Shown here: positions 17,817-27,387 of the stretch, one piece after another | Numbering within the stretch: position 1 is the first letter of the stretch | Layout: each line of letters opens with the position of its first letter | From: a virus | Virus record (IMG/VR): IMGVR_UViG_3300028874_000370 | Span: 38,154-102,153 of that record | Direction: 5' to 3' (one strand) | Length of the DNA stretch: 64,000 nucleotides | Notes under the pieces: generated by a model | The model's database searches: none | What the model was told of the DNA's origin: nothing | Seen by the model: the letters and a program-made list of their open reading frames with translations, nothing else | Program-made: the position numbers and the translations under genes

Positions 17817-18272
17817 TTATTTTGTGTCATCCCATTTAGACAAGATGTCTTTAATATCATTAGCATAAGCTTCACGTTTGTCTGGGGTTTCGGAATGATA
17901 TGCACCAACTGCGGCCCAAGTATTCCCGTGTTTTACCATCTTTTGTTTAAGAAGCCAAGCCGCAACATAGACATTGGTGCACTCATTATACAGTTGATCT
18001 GATTTAATACCATACTCAGAAAGTTCTGAGAAATGAATTGAATTAATCTGGGATATACCAATGTCGACTGAGCCATCATCATTTTTATGAATGGCATCAG
18101 GTTTATTATGGGATTCTTTCCATGCAATAGCTTTCAGTAAAAGCTGATTGACATGTTGATAATTAGCTGCCTCTTCAAAGCAATCGGCATTTGAAGAGGC
18201 ACTAAATAATAGACAGAATAAAGTAATACAAATTTTCAGGCAGTCCATGATAAACACCTTTAAATAAGTCAA
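17817..18272 (-). CDS. secreted lytic transglycosylase (SLT, IagB-like)
   Basis: signal peptide ending SNA-DC, IAWKES catalytic Glu, GISQINS, AVGAYHS. Confidence 0.88.
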   Translation of the reverse strand: MTYLKVFIMDCLKICITLFCLLFSASSNADCFEEAANYQHVNQLLLKAIAWKESHNKPDAIHKNDDGSVDIGISQINSIHFSELSEYGIKSDQLYNECTNVYVAAWLLKQKMVKHGNTWAAVGAYHSETPDKREAYANDIKDILSKWDDTK

Positions 18273-18315
18273 CCATACTTTATCTTACCAAAAACTTTTA
18301 AAAACGAAACTGGAA

Positions 18316-18510
18316 TTATTTCTTTTCGGCGCGGTTGAGATTTTCCATTGCATCCCAGAGTGCATCGCCCCACCGAATTAGGCCATTCCATTCACAATAC
18401 TCGCGAAATGCTTTTTGTGGATCCATATCTGCAATAGCCTCGAGCGAGTGGCCTCGCTCTTGCAGATCACTGATAATTTGTTTCGGGATGTGAGCAATAT
18501 TGAGTGCCAT
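18316..18510 (-). CDS. hypothetical protein
   Basis: 64 aa, AAGGA RBS, small-gene operon. Confidence 0.65.
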   Translation of the reverse strand: MALNIAHIPKQIISDLQERGHSLEAIADMDPQKAFREYCEWNGLIRWGDALWDAMENLNRAEKK

Positions 18511-18522
18511 GATTTCACTTCC

Positions 18523-18786
18523 TTATTTAGCTTTTCGACCTGTTATAGCTACGTAAGTTTCCTTACTTGTATTGAGTCCATAGAACGGAGTCATAATGAT
18601 TTCATGATCTGCCGGATATCCAGCATCAACCACCATTTGGCGCGCTTCTTGAACAGTATCGCCAGTCGCCATACCGATCCACCAATCATTCCGCCATAGA
18701 TCAAAAGTCAGCTTTGACAGTTCAACCCATTCAACCCGGCCACTTTCGGCTTCTTCTGTTATAACGCCTTGAGATGCAATACTCAT
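18523..18786 (-). CDS. hypothetical protein
   Basis: 87 aa, AAGGA RBS. Confidence 0.65.
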   Translation of the reverse strand: MSIASQGVITEEAESGRVEWVELSKLTFDLWRNDWWIGMATGDTVQEARQMVVDAGYPADHEIIMTPFYGLNTSKETYVAITGRKAK

Positions 18787-18798
18787 GATTTTATTTCC

Positions 18799-19053
18799 TT
18801 ATTTAGCAACAGTTGTTGGGAGTGCACTAGCACCTTTCCACTTGCACACTATTTGACGAGTCCCAGTCATCACGATGTCACGAGTAATGCTGCTGATTGC
18901 TCCAGATGGAGTGAATAGTATCCAGTCCGGATATACATTGTTTTTAATCACCAAATCTCCATCCCAACACGTGAAGTGAAAGTTCATCGCTCCTTCCTTC
19001 TTGAGCTTACGAATTTGAGCAATGAAGGCTTTCTGTTCGGTGGTCAGTTTCAT
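18799..19053 (-). CDS. hypothetical protein
   Basis: 84 aa, downstream of TGnTATAAT promoter at ~19085-19093. Confidence 0.65.
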   Translation of the reverse strand: MKLTTEQKAFIAQIRKLKKEGAMNFHFTCWDGDLVIKNNVYPDWILFTPSGAISSITRDIVMTGTRQIVCKWKGASALPTTVAK

Positions 19054-19138
19054 GATTTACTTCCAAGTTCGTTACGTTAGAATCATTATAACATAAACTT
19101 AAAGAATGTGTAGGAAAAAGTGTAACAAAAAAGGAGAC

Positions 19139-19282
19139 TCATTGCGAGTCTGGATCAATGTCCGCGCCTTTGTGCAAGATGTCAACGCATACCTTTATTG
19201 CGCCGGCATTACCATTTGCCATTTTCAAAATAGCATCCATTGCACTATCTTCTAGCATAATACGAGTTTTGGCCATTTGCAT
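19139..19282 (-). pseudogene. short 47-aa ORF apparently truncated by a terminator
   Basis: AGGA RBS, MQMAKTRIMLEDSAMDAILKMANGNAGAIKVCVDILHKGADIDPDSQ*; stop lies inside a terminator hairpin. Confidence 0.45.
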
Positions 19283-19342
19283 TTCCTATTTTTTAATTTT
19301 GGAAATGCAATTATACACAAATCACACTCCTAAAAACTAGAA

Positions 19343-21007
19343 TTACATGTAGATTACCAATTCTTGCCAATTTTCCGCGCCTGATCTGACAATGTCCAAA
19401 CCTTTTACAAATTCTCGGATCGTCACTACATCAAGGATTTTCTTTTTATTGAGATCTAAAAGAACACCTATCAATTTTTCTTTGTCTTCGATAGAAACAT
19501 CAGTCCCGCCAAGTGTAGGAAGAATAGAACGGATACGAACTAGTGTTTCTTCTGGTGTCAATGACATATCAATCTTAGCAGAACGTGAAAGAATAGCTTT
19601 ATCGAATTCTTCTTTCTTAAGATTTGAAACGAATACTACCCGCCCTCTGAATTCGAAGGTAGACGGGAATTTCATTTTATCTTCTAGACCGGTATCTCTC
19701 TTTGAATCGCCTTCTTCCTCTTCTTCAGTTTCATCTTCTTCATCTGGCTGAGTCCCAGCTAGATAATGATCCATTGAAGTATTATACTTTTCACGTTCAT
19801 CATCTGTCCATTTAGATACATTTTTAGTTTGTGCATTTGCCGAAGAAATTTCACGAACTGGCGAAGTATCTAATGCAGCTTTTAAATAATTAGCAGCATC
19901 TTGATTCTTCCACATTGAATCGCAATCATCAAATAAAATTAAACCACCTTTACGAAACATAAACAATGTCTTATACAATTCAGTAGGAGTAATCTTACCA
20001 GAAAGTTTAACATAATCTTCACCTTTAACTAATCCGGCTGCCTTGATAGCTTCCATAATCGTAAAGGTTTTACCAGTCCCTGGCCCGCCATATATCAATA
20101 ACGCTTTAAGTTTATCTTTACATGCTAAGGTCACTAATTGAAATAAGTGACCATATAGCATATCGACATCACGCATTTCCTCTTCAGTTGGATTAGCAGC
20201 AAGCTTATCTTGGATTTGATTATATAGAGCTTGGGCTTGTTTATTTTCACCAGCCGAAATAAATCGTTTTGTTACTGGGTCTTGCGCAGTAACTTTAATA
20301 TAAAGAATTGGTTCCGCTTTACCTGAAGATTTAGAATCTGGTTTATTTGGTTCATCTGATTTCGATTCTTTTTCTGATGAACCGCCAGGAATTAGAGACC
20401 AACGACCGCGACCAACTTTCTGGCCATCAAGATATTTTTTGCTTGGAACACCAACATTATTATCACGAGCAATTTTAACAATCTGATCAAAGGTAACATC
20501 TTTAACTTGGGCATCACTCAAGTCTTTCTTAGCAAGCTTTAGAAATTCTTCAGGAGAAACACCTTTAGCTTCAAATAGATCAGCACCAATCTCTAGTGAA
20601 ATAGATTTAGCTTCTTCTACAGCAGTAATTTCTACTTTGCCTTCTTTAGGAGATTTAATCAATTGAGCAATCTTCTTTAGCTCGGACGCAATTGCTGCAA
20701 CACTGAGATTTTCAGTGTGAATTGTGTAATCTGCTGTTGCATTCATTCCGTATTTTGTCCATACGTCAAATGCAATAATTGTACTTCCTTTAGTTCTGAT
20801 TCTGAAAGCTTTTCCCTTACCAAAGAAATACAAATACCCGACTCCAGATTTTAGTTGTTCGGTACCATCTTTACCGCCGAACCTATAGAGCTTAGTATTT
20901 AGTAATGCTGGTAAACGTTTTTCGATTGCATTAAGAACACGATCTAGACCTGATCCATGTTCTTTGTCTTCTACAACGAATAGCTTAAATGATGATAGTG
21001 TTGACAT
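19343..21007 (-). CDS. AAA+ ATPase with large N-terminal region
   Basis: GGPGTGKT, LFDDCD, FVSN, AILSRS. Confidence 0.85.
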   Translation of the reverse strand: MSTLSSFKLFVVEDKEHGSGLDRVLNAIEKRLPALLNTKLYRFGGKDGTEQLKSGVGYLYFFGKGKAFRIRTKGSTIIAFDVWTKYGMNATADYTIHTENLSVAAIASELKKIAQLIKSPKEGKVEITAVEEAKSISLEIGADLFEAKGVSPEEFLKLAKKDLSDAQVKDVTFDQIVKIARDNNVGVPSKKYLDGQKVGRGRWSLIPGGSSEKESKSDEPNKPDSKSSGKAEPILYIKVTAQDPVTKRFISAGENKQAQALYNQIQDKLAANPTEEEMRDVDMLYGHLFQLVTLACKDKLKALLIYGGPGTGKTFTIMEAIKAAGLVKGEDYVKLSGKITPTELYKTLFMFRKGGLILFDDCDSMWKNQDAANYLKAALDTSPVREISSANAQTKNVSKWTDDEREKYNTSMDHYLAGTQPDEEDETEEEEEGDSKRDTGLEDKMKFPSTFEFRGRVVFVSNLKKEEFDKAILSRSAKIDMSLTPEETLVRIRSILPTLGGTDVSIEDKEKLIGVLLDLNKKKILDVVTIREFVKGLDIVRSGAENWQELVIYM

Positions 21008-21066
21008 GTTTATAATTATTATTAGTGGATAAAACTATTTATTCATAATTTGAATTGCTTCTTACT

Positions 21067-22851
21067 TTACATTAACAATCCATACCTGGAACCATTGAAG
21101 TCTTGTGATGTTAAAAGAGTTCCATCTGAACCAATAACAACAATATTATTCTTTCCTACTACTATTTGGACATATGCAGCCGCAAATGGCATCGCATAAC
21201 TTTTCCAACTCTTTCCATCATAGCTGAGAAGCATAGTTGATCCAGCTGTTGCGACTGCCATGAATGAACCAAATACGAATTGTAAATTTGACCAAACTGC
21301 ACTAACCGGTAATGTAACTGGATTCCAAAATAATCCATCAACAGAAACAGCTCCAGCTGTAGTAGTATTCATAGCAACAAATACTCCTCGTCCATATGCT
21401 ATACACCCCCAAGTTGTTGATGACGGCATTGCACCCGCTCTCGGAAAAGCGTTCTGTGGTGTTCCAGTTGATGAACATACCGATGTTCCGGTTGTTATCC
21501 CAGCAAATAAATTATTCCCAAATGTATTAACAGAAACACCTGTGGCTACTTGAGATCTAGCATACCATTCTATTCCATCTGTACTATACATTGCCTGTGC
21601 AGCGGTAGCACCAGTAGCAAGAAATCTACCATTACCGTATGCAATACATGCGCCTGCCGTTAATGTGGTTGGTAACGTAATAAGTGTCCATTCAACTCCA
21701 TTTAATGAAACCATACCAGTAGTTCCAGTTACCGGAAAGGCGACAAATATTCGGCCGCCCCATATAATAGAACTCCAAATTTGAGAAACAGGTAATGGGA
21801 TTTGTTTCCATGTGGATCCGGTGCTTGATATAAATGCATTACTATTATTGTTAGATAGAATTACATAAGTTGAATTACCATATGCTCCACATGCATATTG
21901 TTGTGCATAATTATTAGCAGTCCAAACAGAAGCAGTAGGACTAGATACTGATAAAACACCAGTACTAAATACAATAATGAATAAACCAGATGTTGGTAAA
22001 TATGTAATTCCACTAGCACCGGTATATGATAATGTTGTTCCGTAAGTATTTGCAATACCATTTGTACTAAATTCATTATCACCAGATGTTGCACAAGCCA
22101 TGAACATACCATTACCATAGCAAATACTAGTGTAATCATCATTATCCCAGGCTTGTGCTGTCCAATTGATCCCATCTGGGCTAGTATTAATAGTTGCAGC
22201 ACCATTTGATACACAGACAAATAACCCGCCGCCATAAGTAATGGACCACCATTGTGATGTAGTCGTCATTGTACTAGTTGTCCATGTAGTTCCATTTGAA
22301 CTATATGCAGCTATTGTTGTATCAAATGCACAACATACGAAAATACCATTACCAAAAGTTAATGCTTGCCAGGCTTGTGAACTTGGCATAGACATCAGCG
22401 TCCAATTGATCCCATTTGGTGAAGTTGCTCCAACCGAATTTCCATATTGTATAGCAACAAAGGTACTATTTCCGTATGCTATATTAACAGCCCCAGTAAG
22501 AACACTAGTCGCTAATGCCCACGTCATTCCATCTGGTGATGAAATGACATTTGTTGTAGTACTACTAACAGCTACGAAAATACCATTGCCATATGTAATA
22601 GAAGACCAAGTATCACTAACTGGTAAAGCGACTAATTGCCAGTTAGTACCATTTGATGTAATAGCACCTTGTGCAGTTCCGCTAAATAGAGTAACAGCTA
22701 CAGTTCCATTATTAGTAATACATGAAGCATTAGCTGAAGTAAATGGTGCAGAAATATTACTAAATTTTGGAGGTTGCTCCCATACATAATCAATACTCTC
22801 TGATTTCACTGGAGGATTTATTGAATTGATTGGAGTATGAAACATTTCCAT
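21067..22851 (-). CDS. beta-propeller (S-x-D/N-G-x-x-W repeat) putative virion/receptor-binding protein
   Basis: many ~39-aa repeats YGNG.FV...SxDGxxW. Confidence 0.75.
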   Translation of the reverse strand: MEMFHTPINSINPPVKSESIDYVWEQPPKFSNISAPFTSANASCITNNGTVAVTLFSGTAQGAITSNGTNWQLVALPVSDTWSSITYGNGIFVAVSSTTTNVISSPDGMTWALATSVLTGAVNIAYGNSTFVAIQYGNSVGATSPNGINWTLMSMPSSQAWQALTFGNGIFVCCAFDTTIAAYSSNGTTWTTSTMTTTSQWWSITYGGGLFVCVSNGAATINTSPDGINWTAQAWDNDDYTSICYGNGMFMACATSGDNEFSTNGIANTYGTTLSYTGASGITYLPTSGLFIIVFSTGVLSVSSPTASVWTANNYAQQYACGAYGNSTYVILSNNNSNAFISSTGSTWKQIPLPVSQIWSSIIWGGRIFVAFPVTGTTGMVSLNGVEWTLITLPTTLTAGACIAYGNGRFLATGATAAQAMYSTDGIEWYARSQVATGVSVNTFGNNLFAGITTGTSVCSSTGTPQNAFPRAGAMPSSTTWGCIAYGRGVFVAMNTTTAGAVSVDGLFWNPVTLPVSAVWSNLQFVFGSFMAVATAGSTMLLSYDGKSWKSYAMPFAAAYVQIVVGKNNIVVIGSDGTLLTSQDFNGSRYGLLM

Positions 22852-22852
22852 T

Positions 22853-23263
22853 TTAGTAATTACCACCAATAACGGATACCGCATATCCGGCTGCAACAGT
22901 TGTACCGATAGTTACCGCTAATGTATATCCAGCAGGCAAAGCAAATCCCAAATAAATTTCCTGATTCAACAACTGGGTAGTTTGAGATAGTGTTGTTGCT
23001 GGTAGTGTTATTTCTTCCCATAAAATATTGTTTGTTGCAGTAGCCAAAGTGGACCCATTATTAATGAATACCCGTGCCACTGTTGCAACGTTTGTACCAA
23101 GTGCACGAAATCGAATTTTCTCAACTCGACTTCCGTTAGATCCCGCAGTAAAAACGTTTGTTGCACCAACACCAGTTACCGCGGTTACTGCGGTTACTAG
23201 TGCGGCTGTCGCCCAGCTTATATTTGCTGATACACTATAAATCGGAGCTGTATTTGCTGTCAT
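22853..23263 (-). CDS. small beta-rich virion/fibre-associated protein
   Basis: Thr/Ala-rich 136 aa within the fibre operon. Confidence 0.65.
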   Translation of the reverse strand: MTANTAPIYSVSANISWATAALVTAVTAVTGVGATNVFTAGSNGSRVEKIRFRALGTNVATVARVFINNGSTLATATNNILWEEITLPATTLSQTTQLLNQEIYLGFALPAGYTLAVTIGTTVAAGYAVSVIGGNY

Positions 23264-23275
23264 TTGTAATTCCTT

Positions 23276-26200
23276 TTACATGAAAGTGTTTGCTGTTAGT
23301 AATGCTGTTAATAATCCTAGTGAAGGCCCAGTTGGAGCTGTTGCACTGGTTAATACTGCTGTGAAATATGTATTTGTCGCTACTGCGCTTAGTGCTTGAC
23401 CAGTAGTGACATAACCCCATAATTCGATATAATCCGATGATCCATTTAAATAAACTACAGATGAAACTGTTCCGGTTGTTGAAGATGCGGCTTGAACACC
23501 AGCAGAAAAACTAGATCCGTTTTTATAAATTGCACTAATTATTGCTGTTGTTGAAGATCCAATAGTTATTGCACCAGACACACTGTAATAACCTGCAACC
23601 AATGGCTGATACCGATAATTTGTTACATTATCAAATGCCACAGTTGTATCAAAAGTTTTTGTCTGTAACTGAATCTTAGTAAACGTAGTACTAGAAAGAG
23701 TTTGTGCAGAACTTTGATATGCACTGAAAGCTACTGGTGTTCCAATAGCTGCAGCAATTGCCGTAGTGACGTATTTGGTACTTGCTATTTTATCTGTACT
23801 ATCGCCAAGTGATGCCAATGGAGTAGTATTAGAAGATGCAACCATCCCAGTAGAACCTAGTGATATAATCTCTTGGCTTCCATTCTGATCAACTGTAGTA
23901 ATATTTGAACCAGAACCATTAGTAAGGATTAGTGAATATCCACCAGTAGTACTGTTATATATAGTCCACTGTCCGGACGTTGGAAATGTCAATGTTGCAT
24001 TACTAGTTAATGTTCCAGACACTACAATAATAGCACAGCCATATTGGGATGCGCTTAATATCGTAGCTCCGCCAGTTGTACTAACTGATGAACTTACTTG
24101 AGTTGCATTATATACGAAAGCAGTAGATGATACTTGGGTTGTATTATTCCCTAATGAAGCTGTTGTCGTTGTTGGTGTTCCTGATAATGCTGGGCTAGCT
24201 AACAATGCATACGGCGATAAAATAGAAGTAAGTGCAGTATTTGCACTCAACGAAGTATTAATCCATTTAGAACTTGATGAATTATATGTAAGCACTTGTT
24301 GGTTTATTGGACCAGATACTGAAACATCACCAAGACCTATAGCAGCAGATCCAGCCGAACTAGCCCAGGCAGAATATCCTGAAGGTATAGTTTCGGTAAA
24401 TGATCCAGCTAAATTGATAGTCCATACAGAAGCAGAATCAGAACAGAATGCCGGATAGATTGTTGCGGTTCCACCAATCGGGATACCACCAGTATCAGTT
24501 GCTGGATTAGCCGTTCCGCTACCATTCCAATTACCTGTCCCAGTTCTAAACCAAACTAATCTATTTGTAGCATCAACAGCAACACAAACTATATTTCCTG
24601 CTGTTGAAAAGTTTTCTGCTGTACCATCAGCAGTTCCGCCATTATAGTAAATATTACCAGATGTTTGGAACACACCAGTGCTTCCAACCCCATCATTATA
24701 TCCGATTTGTGCTGTCAAACTTTCTGTCTGTGGAACAACACCAACTGCGGCATTACTACTGGATGTCCCAGAAACAAATGTTAGTTCATAATAATATTTA
24801 CCACCAGTTAAACCAGTATTACCGAGTGTTACGCAAACGCCAGTGCCACCAGCAAATGTTGCTGTTAAATTACTATTTGATAATGTAATCCCGGCTTCTG
24901 TATGAGTTGGATCTAATGCAGGTGTTGCTGCAGACCCTAGAAGAATAGAGAAATTACCAAGAGTTGAATTGCTGTTATAACCAATCGCAGTACTTGCCAT
25001 AGAGGCAATACCAAGTGCAGTTGCAACATCTGAGGTTGTTAATGTAATAGCCCCGGTTCTTGTATTAAATGCTGTTACACCGGAACTTATTCCGGATATA
25101 GCAGACATGACATATGCGGTTGTTGCTATTTGAGTTGTATTAGTCCCAGATGTTGCTGTTGGAGCCAACGGAGTTCCAGTCAATGTTGGTGAGGCCAACG
25201 GAGCATAGGCGGATATGCCAGACATGACATATGCGGTTGTTGCTATTTGAGTTGTATTAGTCCCAGATGGTGCTGTTGGAGCCAATGGAGTTCCAGTCAA
25301 TGTTGGTGAGGCCAACGGAGCATAGGCGGATATGCCAGAAATATCAGTTGTTGATAACACAACTGTGCCAGCGCGCCCGGCTACAGTTTGGACATTTGCA
25401 CTTAACGAACCTGAACTAATAGTTAAACCGGTACCTACTATAATCCCACCAGATGTTGTAGTTGTTGCAGCTGGAAGTACATAAGCCGCTGTACTAACAG
25501 CTGATGTAACATATGCCGTTGTTGCAATTTGTGTTGTATTAGTGCCAGGCGTTGCTGTTGGGGCTAATGGGACTCCGGTTAATGTTGGTGAAGCTAATGG
25601 AGCCACCAATGAAGCATTAGCCGGTGTAAACCCTAAAGCCGATGAAACATCAGAAGACATTAAAACTACTGCGCCAACTCGTCCAAAAACTGAAGATACT
25701 TCAGTTGACTGACCGTCTATTTTATCCCATGTAGTTCCATCAAACGCAAGCATATCGCCAATATTCCATGACGAAATTCCATCGACCGTTGTAGTCCCAG
25801 CTACAGAAACTTTATATAAACTTCCTTTGGTCCCTGTTCCAGATGTGATAGTTGGAGTATTAGTAGAAGCATTCCAAGTTCCGGTATAATTCAATCCACC
25901 AGCCAATGCAATAATCGTATTTGCGACGAATGCAGTAGTTGCAATCTGTGTAGTACTAGTCCCAGTAGTTGCTGTAGGTGCAGTAGGTATACCTGTTAAT
26001 GATGCACTTGAAATTGGTGCATAAGTAGAAGCCGCTGAAGATAATGTAAGATAAGTCGAGGCCGCAATAGTACTGGTTAAATAATTAACTAGATTATTTT
26101 TTACATACGCCGTAGTCGAAATAGTAGTAGAACTATCTGATGTGCTTGGTGTAACAGAAGTAGGTGTTCCAGTCAATGCTGGTGATGCAAGAGGTGCAAC

Positions 26201-27295
26201 CAATGTAGAATTAGCTGGTGTAAATCCTAATGCTGTAGTAATATCTCCTAGGTTTAAAATGATATCGCCAAATCGAGTATTGAAACTAGTAACAGGAAAA
26301 TAATTGCCATTTACCTTATTCCAATTACTTCCATTGTAAAAAACAGTATCACCAACACTGAATTGAACATGTCCATCCAAATAAGTAGGATAGAATGTTA
26401 GATTGCCAGAGATTGATCCTGGGTTATTGACTGCAGTTAAAATAACAATATTGCCAGAAATACTACCAACATATCCTAAAAATGTAGTACCAAAATACAT
26501 TGCCATACCAACAACAATACCTGTTACAGAAGTCACAGTAAAATGTTGTCCATCACCAGAGTAAGTTCCAACTAATGGAGCGTTGATTGGAATAACACCA
26601 GTACTAACTGTATAAAGATTTCCTGTTGATCCAGTCCCAGATACAAGAGTTGGTGTATTGGTAACCGGGTTCCATGTTCCTTTGTAAGTCAATGATGTTT
26701 GGTTGACTGGAAGCCATGTAGAGCCGCTATACGATAGGAGTTGACCTATTGTTGGTGTTCCAATAGTGACATCAGTCAAAGATGCTAGGGCGGCCGTAGG
26801 CGGCGCAGAATTAATCCAATTTGTTCCGTTATAAGTTAAATATTGACCGGTCGATGGACTAGACAACGAGATACCAGACAATCCACTAAATGCATATGTT
26901 GGTGCTGGCGAATTGATCCAGTTGGTTCCATTGTAGGATAAAAGTTGATTCGCGCTAGGGCTTGTGATAACAACACCGACTAATGAATCAAATGCTGTTG
27001 CACCGCCATCTCCAGAGAGAGTTGAATTAATCCAATTTGTTCCGTTGTATACTAATGACTGGCCTTCAGATAAATCATTAAGTGAAACATCGACCAGTGT
27101 AGCTAATGTCCCAAGAACATTTGAAGTTAATATCCAAGTTGTTCCATTATAGACATAAAGCCCAGGAGCAGTTTCCGTTAAATAGAAAAGTTCACCTAAA
27201 GATGAATTTGATGTGGATGGTAATGATGAACCACTCTCAACCACCGCATTATCTAGAGTAGCACCAGATGTAAATGAAAGTGTATCTACTAACAT
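23276..27295 (-). CDS. long tail fibre (shared anchor, LASP.LTGTP repeats, SPRY-like and C1q-like domains)
   Basis: MLVDTLSF N-terminus; repeated GQ.L.YNGTNWIN and LASPTLTGTPLAPT; GKYYYE SPRY-like motif; C-terminal AFSAY...AGYY C1q-like motif. Confidence 0.82.
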   Translation of the reverse strand: MLVDTLSFTSGATLDNAVVESGSSLPSTSNSSLGELFYLTETAPGLYVYNGTTWILTSNVLGTLATLVDVSLNDLSEGQSLVYNGTNWINSTLSGDGGATAFDSLVGVVITSPSANQLLSYNGTNWINSPAPTYAFSGLSGISLSSPSTGQYLTYNGTNWINSAPPTAALASLTDVTIGTPTIGQLLSYSGSTWLPVNQTSLTYKGTWNPVTNTPTLVSGTGSTGNLYTVSTGVIPINAPLVGTYSGDGQHFTVTSVTGIVVGMAMYFGTTFLGYVGSISGNIVILTAVNNPGSISGNLTFYPTYLDGHVQFSVGDTVFYNGSNWNKVNGNYFPVTSFNTRFGDIILNLGDITTALGFTPANSTLVAPLASPALTGTPTSVTPSTSDSSTTISTTAYVKNNLVNYLTSTIAASTYLTLSSAASTYAPISSASLTGIPTAPTATTGTSTTQIATTAFVANTIIALAGGLNYTGTWNASTNTPTITSGTGTKGSLYKVSVAGTTTVDGISSWNIGDMLAFDGTTWDKIDGQSTEVSSVFGRVGAVVLMSSDVSSALGFTPANASLVAPLASPTLTGVPLAPTATPGTNTTQIATTAYVTSAVSTAAYVLPAATTTTSGGIIVGTGLTISSGSLSANVQTVAGRAGTVVLSTTDISGISAYAPLASPTLTGTPLAPTAPSGTNTTQIATTAYVMSGISAYAPLASPTLTGTPLAPTATSGTNTTQIATTAYVMSAISGISSGVTAFNTRTGAITLTTSDVATALGIASMASTAIGYNSNSTLGNFSILLGSAATPALDPTHTEAGITLSNSNLTATFAGGTGVCVTLGNTGLTGGKYYYELTFVSGTSSSNAAVGVVPQTESLTAQIGYNDGVGSTGVFQTSGNIYYNGGTADGTAENFSTAGNIVCVAVDATNRLVWFRTGTGNWNGSGTANPATDTGGIPIGGTATIYPAFCSDSASVWTINLAGSFTETIPSGYSAWASSAGSAAIGLGDVSVSGPINQQVLTYNSSSSKWINTSLSANTALTSILSPYALLASPALSGTPTTTTASLGNNTTQVSSTAFVYNATQVSSSVSTTGGATILSASQYGCAIIVVSGTLTSNATLTFPTSGQWTIYNSTTGGYSLILTNGSGSNITTVDQNGSQEIISLGSTGMVASSNTTPLASLGDSTDKIASTKYVTTAIAAAIGTPVAFSAYQSSAQTLSSTTFTKIQLQTKTFDTTVAFDNVTNYRYQPLVAGYYSVSGAITIGSSTTAIISAIYKNGSSFSAGVQAASSTTGTVSSVVYLNGSSDYIELWGYVTTGQALSAVATNTYFTAVLTSATAPTGPSLGLLTALLTANTFM
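25103..25338. repeat. near-perfect 117-bp tandem duplication within the fibre gene
   Basis: gacatgacatatgcggttg... at 25104 and 25221; two mismatches seen. Confidence 0.85.
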
Positions 27296-27344
27296 AGTTT
27301 TCCTATAAAGATTATTTTATCGAACTATGTTAGCTAAAACATGA

Positions 27345-27374
27345 ATCGACTCCTATATTTATATAGGAGTCGAT
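27345..27374 (-). promoter_or_regulatory. late promoter TATAAATA at the apex of a 13-bp hairpin
   Basis: atcgactcctata-ttta-tataggagtcgat. Confidence 0.6.
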
Positions 27375-27387
27375 CTTTAAATCAATA

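Noticed and set aside
17711-18127. Alternate-frame minus-strand ORFs (17711-17908, 17933-18127, and similar ones inside fibre and GT genes)
   Set aside because: They are nested out of frame within stronger genes and have no independent support.
25103-25338. 117-bp repeat as a CRISPR array or DGR template/variable pair
   Set aside because: It is an in-frame tandem coding repeat with no spacers, and there is no reverse transcriptase in the window.
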